Shown piece by piece: positions 49,887 through 60,562 of a DNA stretch of 64,000 nt. The DNA lies in NCBI GenBank assembly GCA_038246075.1, contig JBBRRV010000001.1, positions 20,008 through 84,007 of the forward strand, read 5' to 3'. The notes under the pieces were generated by a model that saw only the letters and a list, made by a program, of their open reading frames with translations, did no database searches and was not told the DNA's origin. The DNA comes from Bacteroidales bacterium (GTDB lineage: Bacteria; Bacteroidota; Bacteroidia; Bacteroidales; DASVHX01). The stretch's first letter is position 1, and each line of letters begins with the position of its first letter. Made by a program: the position numbers and the translations under genes.

Positions 49887-51884
49887 ATGCTGAGGATTAG
49901 ATTTACGCTTTTACTTCTTGTAGTCATTTGTTTATGTGCACCAGCCCGGGTCATTGCTTCTCATGTCAGCGATAGTCTCAGGCAAGTCATTGCACATTCG
50001 CCTCACAATAACATTAAGGCTGAAGCGCTCGGCGCCCTGTCGCGCGAGTACAGGTATTCACATCCTGACTCCGCATTTTTGTATGCCCGTCAGAGCAAGG
50101 AACTTTCATCCAGCATTGGCTACCAGCCCGGCGTATCACGCGCTGTGAATATGTTAGGTGTTCTTTTTCTGGATATTGGCAACGAAACCAAGGCCATGAA
50201 TTATTTTCTGCAATCATTGCGGTTATGTGAACAATCAAATGATAAGCGTGGCCAGGCACGATGTTACAACAATATAGGTTTCGTTTTTAACAATCAGAAA
50301 ATGAACCAGAAGGCATTGGCTTATTACTTAAAGTCTCTGCACATGGAAGAGTTGCTGAAAAGCAAGGCGGGCATTGCATCATGTCTGAATAATATTGGTT
50401 CACTCTATAATGATATGGGTGATTATCAGCAGGCCATAAATTTTTCTTTGCGTTCACTTGATCTCTATAAGGAATTAAACCTTCCTGCTGGTATGGCGAA
50501 TATTTTACATACCCTGGGGCTCACCTATACGAATCAGAAAAAATACTTAAAGGGACTGGATTTTTATCAACAATCCTTAAAGATTTATGAGCAGGTTAAT
50601 GATGAATCGGGCATCGTTGTGGCTACATACAGTATAGCCATCAATTATCAGGCCCTGGGAAATATTGCTGCAAGCAACAAGTTGAACGACCGTGCCTTAA
50701 AAATAGCACACGCATTAAATAATAGCGCCCAGGTGAGTAAGTGTGTTGTCCTTAAATCGCAAAACCTGGCAAAGGCCGGCGATTACAAAGCAGCGCTCAG
50801 GTATCTGGAGATATCACGTTCAATCAATGACAGCCTTGCAAGTGTTGGAATGGATCGGAAGATACAGGCAATGGAGCAGGCATATGAACTGGAAAAGCAA
50901 CAGACACAGATCTCACTTTTAGAGAAAGATAACATCATACAGCAGAAGCTCACTGAGCGGCAGACCTTACAGCGCAACCTGGTGATAGGTGGATTCGTGA
51001 TGCTGGCATTGTTTGCATTTTTTGTCTATCAATCACGCAGGCGCAACCAAAAAATAAATACATTACTTGCCCAGCGAAATATTGAAATATTGAAGCATCA
51101 GGAAGATCTCGCTGTAAGCCATGCGGAAATTAGCCGTCAGCGTGATGAGCTAAAACAGAATAATGCCGACAAGGACAAGTTTTTCTCTATTGTGGCACAT
51201 GATTTAAAAAGTCCCTTTACAAGCATGCTGGGATTCTCCGAGATTTTAGCTGAAGATTTTGCAGATTTAAGTGAGAAGGAACGACATGAAATTGCAACTG
51301 ACATTCATGGAGCCGTTAAGGTTGGATTTGACCTGCTGGAGAACCTGCTGGCCTGGGGAAGCCTCCAGATAGGAAGGATTGAGTTTATTCCCAAGCAGCT
51401 TAATTTGCGCAGGGAAGTTGACGCAGTACTGAAATTATTGCAGAGAATGGCTATGCACAAAAGAATTGGCATTTACAACGAAGTGGAGCCATACTTTGCC
51501 GTGGAAGCTGATGCGAATATGCTGCACGCTGTAGTGAGAAACCTTGTTTCCAATGCACTTAAATACACCAATCCGGGGGGCCAGATACGGATATCGGCAA
51601 CTGTTTCTGAAATAAGCGGAATGGTCCGGATTGCAGTTATTGATTCGGGTGTTGGAATGAGTAAAGCTGATATCGGGAAATTATTTTCACCTGCCATTAA
51701 TTTCACCACCAAGGGAACGGCTAACGAGACCGGCACCGGGCTTGGTTTATTACTCTGCAGCGAAATGGTAGCCAAACATGGAGGTTCACTCAACGCCGAA
51801 AGCGAACAGGGCAAAGGGAGCACTTTCTTCTTTACCTTACCGGAAGCTTTAAAACATGAAGTAGATATCCAATGCATGCAGTGA
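49887..51884 (+). CDS. sensor histidine kinase with periplasmic/extracytoplasmic TPR array
   Basis: Signal peptide, about 7 TPR-like repeats (NNIGFVF, NNIGSLY...), a TM helix (LVIGGFVMLALFAFFVY), a coiled coil, an H-box FFSIVAHDLKSPF, and N/G boxes (NALKYT, DSGVGM, GTGLGL). Confidence 0.85.
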   Translation: MLRIRFTLLLLVVICLCAPARVIASHVSDSLRQVIAHSPHNNIKAEALGALSREYRYSHPDSAFLYARQSKELSSSIGYQPGVSRAVNMLGVLFLDIGNETKAMNYFLQSLRLCEQSNDKRGQARCYNNIGFVFNNQKMNQKALAYYLKSLHMEELLKSKAGIASCLNNIGSLYNDMGDYQQAINFSLRSLDLYKELNLPAGMANILHTLGLTYTNQKKYLKGLDFYQQSLKIYEQVNDESGIVVATYSIAINYQALGNIAASNKLNDRALKIAHALNNSAQVSKCVVLKSQNLAKAGDYKAALRYLEISRSINDSLASVGMDRKIQAMEQAYELEKQQTQISLLEKDNIIQQKLTERQTLQRNLVIGGFVMLALFAFFVYQSRRRNQKINTLLAQRNIEILKHQEDLAVSHAEISRQRDELKQNNADKDKFFSIVAHDLKSPFTSMLGFSEILAEDFADLSEKERHEIATDIHGAVKVGFDLLENLLAWGSLQIGRIEFIPKQLNLRREVDAVLKLLQRMAMHKRIGIYNEVEPYFAVEADANMLHAVVRNLVSNALKYTNPGGQIRISATVSEISGMVRIAVIDSGVGMSKADIGKLFSPAINFTTKGTANETGTGLGLLLCSEMVAKHGGSLNAESEQGKGSTFFFTLPEALKHEVDIQCMQ

Positions 51885-51885
51885 G

Positions 51886-53529
51886 ATGAATGACGAATCG
51901 AAGCCTAAAAGCCAACTCATAGCAGAACTTAAACAAATCCGCTTGCAGTACGACAGATTGCAGCGCTTTGAAATGGCATTAAATGAAGTCGAAAGTCGCT
52001 ATAAGTCGCTCTATACATTGACCCGCCTGTTGAGTGATAATATGTCGGATATGCTTTGGGCGAAAGACCTTGAAAATCGCTATATGTTTGCCAATAAAGC
52101 CATGTGCAATAAGCTGCTTATTGCTTCGGATGTGCAGGAGCCTATCGGAAAAACAGACATCTTCTTTGCCGGGCGCGAGCGTAGGAAACATCCGGAACGC
52201 AGCGACTGGCATACGTTTGGGGAAATATGCGTCGATTCTGATGATGAGATACGCAAGCATCAGAAGCCCTCACGCTATGAAGAATATGGGAATATAAAAG
52301 GTGAATTCCTCTTTCTGGATGTTCTGAAAGCTCCGCTTATTGATGAGAATGGCCAGATGATTGGAGTTGTGGGCAGCGCCCGCGATGTTACAAAGGAGAA
52401 ACTCATTGAGTACGAACTTAACGCCAGTGAAGAACGCTATAAAACCCTTTTATCCAACCTGCCCAATTATGTAATCGTTCAGGTAAACGGAAAGATTGTA
52501 TTCATCAATAATCTGAGTGTTACCTCACTTGGTTATCCACTTGAAGAAATCATCAATTCATCCCTCCTCGACTATGTGGATGAACCCTATCGTAAACCTG
52601 TTGCTGCTGATCTGAAAAGGCGTATACAAGGGGAGATTGTTCCGGATTATGAGCTTAAAATCTGCACCCGTTCCGGCCGCAAGATCGATATGCTCCTCAG
52701 GGGAGCTTCCACTACTTATCAACATGAACAGGCATTAATTATCGTGCTTTCGGATATTACCGAACGTAAAAACATGGAAGAGCAGTTGAAAGCCAATGCC
52801 GGTGAACTCAAAGAGCTCAATGCCACAAAAGATAAATTCTTTTCTATCATAGCTCATGATCTCAAATCACCATTTAATGCTATTTTGGGATTTTCACAAT
52901 TACTTGTCGATTACTACGACGATTTTAACGATGTGGAAAAAAAGAATTTTATTCAAAATATAAAAATAGCTTCTGACAGCACCTATAAGTTGCTAGAGAA
53001 TCTGCTCGACTGGTCGAGGTTACAATCAGGTAAAATTAATCCCGCACCTGAGATGATTAACCTGAGTCTGATTGCACTCGAAAACATTTCGGTGCTCAAA
53101 TCAATGGCCGACAAAAAACAGATCAATTTAAATACATCTATACCAAACAACACAATGGTATTTGCCGATGCAAACATGGTACGGACCATATTGCGCAATC
53201 TGATATCGAATGCCATCAAATTCACACACAGTGGCGGTGAAGTTACGATCAGTGCTACTGACGGCAACACCATGGCCAGCATATGTGTAGGGGACAATGG
53301 AGTCGGTATTTCGGCTGAAAGTCAACAACTGTTATTCCGGATCGACGAAAAACTTTCGACAAAAGGAACCGCCAACGAAACCGGGACAGGCCTTGGATTA
53401 TTGCTCTGCAAGGAAATGATCGAAAGGCAGGGAGGGCAGTTGTCAGTAAAAAGCAAACCGGATCAGGGAAGCAGGTTTTTCTTTACACTCCCGATGGAAC
53501 CAGCAAAGGAAGAAATCATCCTGGTATAG
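51886..53529 (+). CDS. cytoplasmic PAS-domain histidine kinase
   Basis: N-terminal coiled coil, two PAS-like segments, an H-box FFSIIAHDLKSPF, and a HATPase_c region (NAIKFT, DNGVGI, GTGLGL). It starts 1 nt after the upstream stop codon. Confidence 0.85.
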   Translation: MNDESKPKSQLIAELKQIRLQYDRLQRFEMALNEVESRYKSLYTLTRLLSDNMSDMLWAKDLENRYMFANKAMCNKLLIASDVQEPIGKTDIFFAGRERRKHPERSDWHTFGEICVDSDDEIRKHQKPSRYEEYGNIKGEFLFLDVLKAPLIDENGQMIGVVGSARDVTKEKLIEYELNASEERYKTLLSNLPNYVIVQVNGKIVFINNLSVTSLGYPLEEIINSSLLDYVDEPYRKPVAADLKRRIQGEIVPDYELKICTRSGRKIDMLLRGASTTYQHEQALIIVLSDITERKNMEEQLKANAGELKELNATKDKFFSIIAHDLKSPFNAILGFSQLLVDYYDDFNDVEKKNFIQNIKIASDSTYKLLENLLDWSRLQSGKINPAPEMINLSLIALENISVLKSMADKKQINLNTSIPNNTMVFADANMVRTILRNLISNAIKFTHSGGEVTISATDGNTMASICVGDNGVGISAESQQLLFRIDEKLSTKGTANETGTGLGLLLCKEMIERQGGQLSVKSKPDQGSRFFFTLPMEPAKEEIILV

Positions 53530-53581
53530 CCTTTCTGAGGGTGAAGAGCCTAATCATTCTGAACGCAGGGAGATTTCACAG

Positions 53582-56230
53582 CTAATAAACCGCATTATCC
53601 CTGAAGTCCTTCTTTTTCTTTAGTTTCAGATCCTGCAGCAAAGTCGATTTAATGTTAAGCTGGAAGTTCCAGCTTTTGAGATAGCCATCAGGTATCCAGT
53701 TGAAGCGCATTTCCCAGCAATGCAGGTCGCGGTAAACATTCAGCGAAGTGATTGATCTTTTATGGTTCACGAAGTCATATCCGGAACTCACTGAAATTTT
53801 CCACTTTGGTGTTATGCTCAGATCCCCGCTTATTCCGAGGGTCTGCACTACTTTTTTATCACGCTTTTGGAGCAGGTAATTGTAATTGCTGTTATAGTTA
53901 AATGAGTATGAGAAGTTAATATTCCACGGATTATTCCAGTCAATAAAGCTATTGGGATTGTTCAGCACATCATTTACTTCCCCCGGTGTTCCCTTGGAAG
54001 GGTCAACAGTTTTTGGCTGCACTTTGTTCTTCTGTGTCAGATTATAGTTAAAGCCCAGATTCCAGCTTGTGTTTTCAAGACGGAACAGCCTGTGGTTAAC
54101 ATCCCATTCCAAGCGGTTCATGCTTCTTCCCGTGGTATCTTTTACATAAGGGTCGAGGCTGCTGGAGTATTGAATCCTAAAGTTTTTAAACAGGGTTGTA
54201 TTTCCCGACATGGTAAGTTGCGACCATTTAAGTGAATCGGCAGCCATATTGTAGGACATATTAAAGTTGAAACCTTCGATCAGTTTGATCTTGCGTGTTC
54301 CGGTGATGGTGTCCTTGAGTGACCGTACCTTCATTTCCAGGTTGTTGTTCAGTCCAAAATTGATACTGCCCGATTTACCCGCAGGAGGGGAGCCAAAAAG
54401 GGAAGTGACAGGGCCAAAATCGAATATCGAGTATCTGATGGTATTGCCATTATTATCGCTCTGCACTGTTTTATAGTAACCCAATTGCGGGGCGCTGAAA
54501 TCCGGCCTGAGGGAGAAGCCGATGCTCGGGTTCATCACGTGCCTGATGGCCCTGATGGGGCCTTTTTTGAATTGAACCATACCATAAAGCGTTGTTGTTA
54601 TGCTCGAACTGAAGCTGTAGTCGCGTGCAGTTTTAAATCCGCTTAAAGTATCCGTTTTGATGTGCGGAGCGATCTTTTCCCCGTTAACTATTGTTGTATC
54701 AGCTATCCAGGTATTATTTGCATATTTCGAGTACCAGCGTTCCGTATAATTGACAGAATTAGTCATGGTGAAATACTTGAGCAATTTTATCGAGCTGCTG
54801 ATCGGGATAGTATGTTGAACTCCGGTCTTGATCTGGCTTAACGATTGTTTTCTAAAAATCAGGGAATCGTATGTGTCGAGCACATTACGGGCATTCATGT
54901 TGTATTTTACGCTGATATCTTCATACCATTTGCGCCGTCCCAGGGTGGTTTTGCTTCTGAAAGGGTAAAACTGGTTTACCGAAAAGGCAACCTGGGGGAG
55001 TGTAATACTAATCGATTTGTTGCTTGTGTTCTGGCTGTGACTTGCTGATGCCGATAAGCGGTAGTTTGGTCCCAAAGTAACATCATACGAAATCTGGGAA
55101 CTCAACTGGTTGGATAAATGATCTGACATGGTGGCAGGGTTGTACCGGTCGAATTTACTGGACCCGGCATTAACGCTTGCCGAGAAAACACTGTTTGGCC
55201 TGGCTTTCGGATCCTGACGGTGCGACCAGGTAATTCTGAAGTCGCGGTTCTTGGCGTACAGAGGTGTCTCCTTTTCTCCGTCTATGTTAATAGCATAGCT
55301 GAAATTGAAAGATCCATTGTACCTGTAGCGCTTCACGTAGTTAAAAGTTGGCTTCACGGCCCAGCTTCCGCGCGAATAGATGTCACCCACAAGTTTAAGG
55401 TCCATATAATCACTTATACCCCAGTAATAACCACCGTTTTCCAGGTAAAAACCCCTGGTAGACGATTCACCATAAGATGGGATGATGAGCCCTGAACTCT
55501 GGCCTTTTTTATTCGGAAACATGCCAAACGGAAGCCCGATGGGTAACGGAACGCCTTCTATGGAAAAGTATGCCGGACCTGTTATAATCTTGTTGCCGGG
55601 TATAACCTTGGCCTTGGTGAATTTAATCTCGAAATGGGGCTCGTCGAGGCTGCAGGTGGTATAGGATCCGTTTTTGATATCCATTTCACCGTTGGAAAGC
55701 TTTTTTACCTTGGCACCATGCAGGTAGCCTTCCCCTTCTTTAGTGATAACGCTATAGATGAGTCCCTTACGTGATTTGTAGTTGTAGTTGATTGTTTTGG
55801 AGCGGAAGGTTTCAGAGGCCTGTTTGAATTCAGGGGTGCCGATTTCCTTGCCCGTAGAGTCACTCACCCCTTTAGCGGAGATAATGTTCTTCTTAAAATC
55901 AATTTCTATCCGGTCAGCCTTCAGCCCGATGTCCTCATACCCGATCTCAGCTTTCTCATACAGGTAAACTTTTTGTTCACGCATATTGAATGCAATGGAA
56001 TCGACAGCTTTATAGTCGACCTTTGCATCTATGGCAGATTTACTTTTACCTTTTTTGATAGTTTTTGCTGTGCTGTCGGCAATTTTGATGACTGTATCAG
56101 GCGTAGAGGGGGTAATGATATTCTGGCCGGTGGAAATCCGTATTCCGGCAAGTAAAGCAAGCAGAATAAGCAGAGTTTTTAACGCCCGGCCTGTTCGTAA
56201 CTTAGTAGGTAGTGCAATGTATAGGTTCAA
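53582..56230 (-). CDS. LptD-like outer-membrane LPS-assembly protein (Bacteroidota long form)
   Basis: 882 aa with a signal/anchor and an OstA-like N-terminal segment. The long beta-strand-rich region is full of aromatic-x-aromatic patterns. The neighbourhood (amidase and MlaD) is as in other Bacteroidota. Confidence 0.6.
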   Translation of the reverse strand: MNLYIALPTKLRTGRALKTLLILLALLAGIRISTGQNIITPSTPDTVIKIADSTAKTIKKGKSKSAIDAKVDYKAVDSIAFNMREQKVYLYEKAEIGYEDIGLKADRIEIDFKKNIISAKGVSDSTGKEIGTPEFKQASETFRSKTINYNYKSRKGLIYSVITKEGEGYLHGAKVKKLSNGEMDIKNGSYTTCSLDEPHFEIKFTKAKVIPGNKIITGPAYFSIEGVPLPIGLPFGMFPNKKGQSSGLIIPSYGESSTRGFYLENGGYYWGISDYMDLKLVGDIYSRGSWAVKPTFNYVKRYRYNGSFNFSYAINIDGEKETPLYAKNRDFRITWSHRQDPKARPNSVFSASVNAGSSKFDRYNPATMSDHLSNQLSSQISYDVTLGPNYRLSASASHSQNTSNKSISITLPQVAFSVNQFYPFRSKTTLGRRKWYEDISVKYNMNARNVLDTYDSLIFRKQSLSQIKTGVQHTIPISSSIKLLKYFTMTNSVNYTERWYSKYANNTWIADTTIVNGEKIAPHIKTDTLSGFKTARDYSFSSSITTTLYGMVQFKKGPIRAIRHVMNPSIGFSLRPDFSAPQLGYYKTVQSDNNGNTIRYSIFDFGPVTSLFGSPPAGKSGSINFGLNNNLEMKVRSLKDTITGTRKIKLIEGFNFNMSYNMAADSLKWSQLTMSGNTTLFKNFRIQYSSSLDPYVKDTTGRSMNRLEWDVNHRLFRLENTSWNLGFNYNLTQKNKVQPKTVDPSKGTPGEVNDVLNNPNSFIDWNNPWNINFSYSFNYNSNYNYLLQKRDKKVVQTLGISGDLSITPKWKISVSSGYDFVNHKRSITSLNVYRDLHCWEMRFNWIPDGYLKSWNFQLNIKSTLLQDLKLKKKKDFRDNAVY

Positions 56231-56440
56231 TTAAGCGTTATATTTGTAAGGGAAAAGTTTTTAAATACCAACAAAACCTAAACCTGTTTCAGTTGATCTT
56301 GTTGAAGCCGAGTATTAACGGTGTTTTTAAGCGAAACAAAGAGATCATCATATGAGTCTGGTTGGTTTACAAAAAAAACGGTCTTAAGGTCTGCGGTAAG
56401 GCTCGCCCAACGGCGCCCCAAAACTAATCAAAAAAAACGG

Positions 56441-57571
56441 ATGTTGGTGAAACGAAAAGTACTGCGGTTTGTTATAATGTCTTTGCTTGTTCTTAGTGTT
56501 TTCGGGCTTTACGGACAAAAGGTCAATACCGTGGTCATCGATGCAGGGCATGGCGGGCACGATACGGGTGCCTGTGGCAGGAATTCGCACGAAAAGGACA
56601 TTACCCTGGCGATCGCACTCAAGCTGGGCAGGTACATCAAGGATAACCTTAAAGATGTTAAAGTAATTTATACCCGCAAAACGGATGAATTCATCGAACT
56701 CTTCCGCAGGGCGCACATTGCTAACGAGAACCACGCCGACCTTTTCATTTCTATACATTGCAATGCAAATCCTTCACCAACGCCATTCGGCACTGAAACC
56801 TATGTAATGGGATTACACCGCAGCAATGCGAACCTATCCGTTGCCAAAGCGGAAAATGCAGCCATACTCCTTGAAGATGATTATATAGCCAACTATGATG
56901 GTTTCGACCCGAAATCACCGGAAGGGAACATCTTTTTCAGCATGATGCAGAACACTTTCCTGGATAACAGCCTCGACTTTGCGTCATCCGTTGAAAACCA
57001 ATTCAGCAGCCGGCTCAATTTATTATCACGTGGAGTGAAGCAGGCCGGCTTCCTGGTGCTATACAAAACTGCAATGCCTGGTGTATTGGTTGAAACCGGG
57101 TTCCTGAGTAACGCAAAAGATGAAAAATTTCTGCTTTCCGACAAAGGCCAGGAGAGCATAGCATACTCCATATTCAAGGCATTCAGGGATTATAAGCACA
57201 TGCAGGAATTTGGGGTTCATGCCCCCATGGATACCTCAAAAATAATAGTCTCAAACGAAACCAAACCCGACCTGCCGGAAGACGTGAAACCGCAAGCCAA
57301 CGTCAATGAAGTTGTTTTCAAAGTCCAATTTGCCACCTCCCCGGCCAAAAAACCACTCGCTCCGGATAGTTTTAAAGGGCTGGAAGATGTGAGCATGTAT
57401 ATACACGAGGGACTCTGCAAATATACCGTCGGTAATATAGCAACACTAGAGGAGGCATCGCTCCTGAGAACGGAGTTGATGAAGAAGGGGTACAAGGATG
57501 CATTTATTGTGGTTTTCCAGGATGGGAAACGAATTACACTCAAGGATGCTGCACAACTTATGGGTAAATAG
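56441..57571 (+). CDS. N-acetylmuramoyl-L-alanine amidase (Amidase_3) with C-terminal SPOR domain
   Basis: VVIDAGHGGHDTGA, FISIHCNA and GVLVETGFLSN motifs. The SPOR-like C-terminus is VVFKVQFATS...YKDAFIVVF. I prefer ATG 56441 (MLVKRKVLRFVIMSLLVL...). Confidence 0.85.
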   Translation: MLVKRKVLRFVIMSLLVLSVFGLYGQKVNTVVIDAGHGGHDTGACGRNSHEKDITLAIALKLGRYIKDNLKDVKVIYTRKTDEFIELFRRAHIANENHADLFISIHCNANPSPTPFGTETYVMGLHRSNANLSVAKAENAAILLEDDYIANYDGFDPKSPEGNIFFSMMQNTFLDNSLDFASSVENQFSSRLNLLSRGVKQAGFLVLYKTAMPGVLVETGFLSNAKDEKFLLSDKGQESIAYSIFKAFRDYKHMQEFGVHAPMDTSKIIVSNETKPDLPEDVKPQANVNEVVFKVQFATSPAKKPLAPDSFKGLEDVSMYIHEGLCKYTVGNIATLEEASLLRTELMKKGYKDAFIVVFQDGKRITLKDAAQLMGK

Positions 57572-57877
57572 TAGTACTTTTGTCTGACAAAACTATTTAG
57601 ATTAAATAATGATTTTTGTGGTTTCCAACAAAATAATCGACAACATTTATTCCTTATTAAGTGATTACTTTTTAAATTAAACCTTTTACAGCTTTTGTGC
57701 AGCGATAGTTAATTGCAGATACCAGCATCTGGCATGAATATAACGTGATGCGGTCTCATGAAAGCCTTCCTAAAAAGGACGGATGTGAGCAACCTGACCT
57801 GGGGCTTCACGAATATACATAACCATTAACAAAACATGGGTAATTAAATGTGACCCGAATAAGATAAATTATTTTAA

Positions 57878-58879
57878 ATGAAAATAGCCCGCGAAGTCAA
57901 ATTAGGACTTGTCTTTATTGTCACAATACTCCTGTTTATCTGGGGATTGAACTTTTTAAAAGGAAAGAAATTTTTTATCAAGCAGCGTACTTATTATGCC
58001 GTATATAACCAGGTGCGCGGCCTGACAGCAAATGCGCCGGTTTCAATCAACGGGCTGCAGGTAGGGCGGGTAGCCGCATTGCATTTCGAAAACAAGGGAT
58101 CGGCAAAAGTTTTAGTTGAAATATCGATAAGTAATCCTATTGAGATACCCATCAATTCGACGGTTAAAATTTTCAATGCCGATCTGCTGTCAGGGAAATC
58201 GATCGAAATTGGGCTTGGCAACAGCCTGGTGATGGCCGTAAGCGGTGATACACTCGTGTCGGAAGTCCAGGCAAGTTTTTCTGAAGAAGTTAACCGGCAG
58301 ATACAACCCGTGATGAAAAAAGCCGAAAATCTTATGTTCACTGTCGATTCGGTGGTGTCAGAACTTGGCCAGATTTTTAATCCGGAAACCCGCGACAACC
58401 TTTCAAAAAGTTTTTTACACATCAGGGTTACCCTGCAGCATCTCGAAAATGTAACTTATAATATCGACACACTGGTTTATGGCCAGCGCGGCCGCATGGA
58501 ACGCATCCTGTTTAATGTTGAATCTATTTCAAAAAACCTTAAAGACAACAACAATAACCTGACCAGGTCACTTCAAAATTTTGCCAATATCAGCGATACC
58601 ATTGCAAAGGCTAATATATCAAAGACCATCGACAATCTTAACCGTTCGCTCAGTGACATGTCTGCCATTACCAGCAAAATAAACAAGGGGCAGGGATCAC
58701 TTGGGATGCTGATTAACAATGATAAGCTATACAATAATCTGGAAGGGGCGAGTAAGCAACTTGATCAATTGCTGCTTGATATGAAACTTCATCCTAAACG
58801 GTATGTGCATTTCTCCTTATTCGGGAAGAGTTCCAAAAGGAATGGCTATAAAGAACCGGTATCTGATTCAGCCCGCTAA
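57878..58879 (+). CDS. MlaD/MCE family protein
   Basis: N-terminal TM helix followed by an MCE domain (YYAVYNQVRGLTANAPVSINGLQVGRVAAL) and a long helical C-terminal region. Confidence 0.8.
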   Translation: MKIAREVKLGLVFIVTILLFIWGLNFLKGKKFFIKQRTYYAVYNQVRGLTANAPVSINGLQVGRVAALHFENKGSAKVLVEISISNPIEIPINSTVKIFNADLLSGKSIEIGLGNSLVMAVSGDTLVSEVQASFSEEVNRQIQPVMKKAENLMFTVDSVVSELGQIFNPETRDNLSKSFLHIRVTLQHLENVTYNIDTLVYGQRGRMERILFNVESISKNLKDNNNNLTRSLQNFANISDTIAKANISKTIDNLNRSLSDMSAITSKINKGQGSLGMLINNDKLYNNLEGASKQLDQLLLDMKLHPKRYVHFSLFGKSSKRNGYKEPVSDSAR

Positions 58880-58911
58880 TCTTACGGGCGGACTGTATCA
58901 GTTGCAACATT

Positions 58912-60435
58912 TTATTTCCAGTTGAAAATCTCGGTTTTATTCCTCGGGCGTTGATCAACATGCCACATGAAATCCTTTAACAACACATCCGATTCTTTAA
59001 CGTCTTTTTGAGGATACAAAGTCGCTGTGGGATTCTCGATATAAGTAATTCCATTGATCTTTCGATCCTTTAGGTAGATGTGCATATTTCCTGCAAGGGC
59101 CCTGTTGACGCCAATTAATGTTTTATCATCCTCACGCACAAAGTACAGGGTTTCCGCATTGCCTGTTACATTGATCTGACTCAGGTTATTGTTCCTGAAA
59201 TACCCGATCATGTTTTTCCCTTTTATCTGGTTAAAACTTAGCAGACTATCTTTAGAAACAATAAAGGCCGCGCTATACAACATCATTTTCTTAACTTCTT
59301 TATGTGAAGTTATGATATAAATGGAATCGGCGGTCAGTTGGTTGTTATCGGCCCAAAGAATCGGTGTTTTATACATCAGGATGGTAGAATCGCTGAAACG
59401 GTATAGTATTGAATCTGAAGCTCCCTGGAGGTCGTGGCGGTAAAACTTGGCATGGTGATAGGCAAACAGATCCCTTGTCTTCTGCTCATTATCCAGTGTG
59501 GTGTAAAGCGTGTCGGAATGCAGAAACAGCGAATCTTTGGCATCAATAAGGATGGCTTGTGTCTGGCCTGTAACCATCGAATATCCTTTTCCTTTGCTAT
59601 ACTCCGCATAATCTCCCTTGATGATCATTTTATTCACCGTGTCGGTGATCACCACGTGCCTGAAAGCTCTCCCGAAATCGTTTTTCTTATCATAATATAA
59701 GCTATCGCCTGTAAGCCGCTGATTACCATTCACCACAAGCGTATTTTTGCTGAAACGTGACACATCGGTTTTTGTATTGTACCAGCCGTTTTCGCAATAC
59801 ATGTAATTTTTGTCATTCGTCCCCTTGATGATGGTTGGCCCAAGGAAATAGGCAATTTTAGTCATTGTATTATACATGAGTGTATCTGATTCCATTGTGT
59901 TTTTCGGACTGTTGACCACAACGCTTTCCTTAAAAAAGAATTGCTTAACGTCGGTATGGTAATAACCTTTTTTACTGCTAAGCCTGGTATCCCCACTAAC
60001 GATATGTCCGCCCGTGACATAACTGGCTATTGACGTGTTTCTGTCGAACAGGAGCCGGTCGGTCGTAAGGGTCGTCTGTTTGTCGATAAGCCTGACATTC
60101 TCAATAACTTCGGCAGTGCGCGTATCCCCGTAATAATTAAGTGTTTTACCATAAAGGCTCAGGGTGTCGCTTATTTTGATGTGAATATTTCCGAAAGCCT
60201 GCACACTATTGGTCAGGTCGTTTATCAGGGCGCTGTCGCAATACATCAGGGCGCCATCGTGTTCGAAGATTACATTGCCGATCAGGCGGTGCACATTTTC
60301 GCCCAGCGCTTTCGAATATTTTAGCGCATCAGCTTGCTGAACAGTAATTTTTGTAGGCTTTTGAGCATAGGTCGTCCATGAAGTTAACACAAGGAAGGAA
60401 AATGCGAAAATTTTCGCTGAAAGGCTGCGATTCAT
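58912..60435 (-). CDS. OstA-like (LptA/LptC-fold repeat) periplasmic protein
   Basis: Signal peptide and repeated beta-jellyroll-like segments (L.GNV.F.H.GA.MYCDSA; A.GN..I...). Typical of the roughly 500-aa OstA-like proteins of Bacteroidota. Confidence 0.55.
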   Translation of the reverse strand: MNRSLSAKIFAFSFLVLTSWTTYAQKPTKITVQQADALKYSKALGENVHRLIGNVIFEHDGALMYCDSALINDLTNSVQAFGNIHIKISDTLSLYGKTLNYYGDTRTAEVIENVRLIDKQTTLTTDRLLFDRNTSIASYVTGGHIVSGDTRLSSKKGYYHTDVKQFFFKESVVVNSPKNTMESDTLMYNTMTKIAYFLGPTIIKGTNDKNYMYCENGWYNTKTDVSRFSKNTLVVNGNQRLTGDSLYYDKKNDFGRAFRHVVITDTVNKMIIKGDYAEYSKGKGYSMVTGQTQAILIDAKDSLFLHSDTLYTTLDNEQKTRDLFAYHHAKFYRHDLQGASDSILYRFSDSTILMYKTPILWADNNQLTADSIYIITSHKEVKKMMLYSAAFIVSKDSLLSFNQIKGKNMIGYFRNNNLSQINVTGNAETLYFVREDDKTLIGVNRALAGNMHIYLKDRKINGITYIENPTATLYPQKDVKESDVLLKDFMWHVDQRPRNKTEIFNWK

Positions 60436-60562
60436 TGGTTCAAAGTTTATTTGTCAAAGGTAAGCGATAATTTGCCTTCCGTGCGTGTGCTGACCCATTT
60501 CGTGGTCAGACTAACCGGATGTGGCCTTTAACAGGGAAAATCGGTGAAAATGTGCAATGTAT

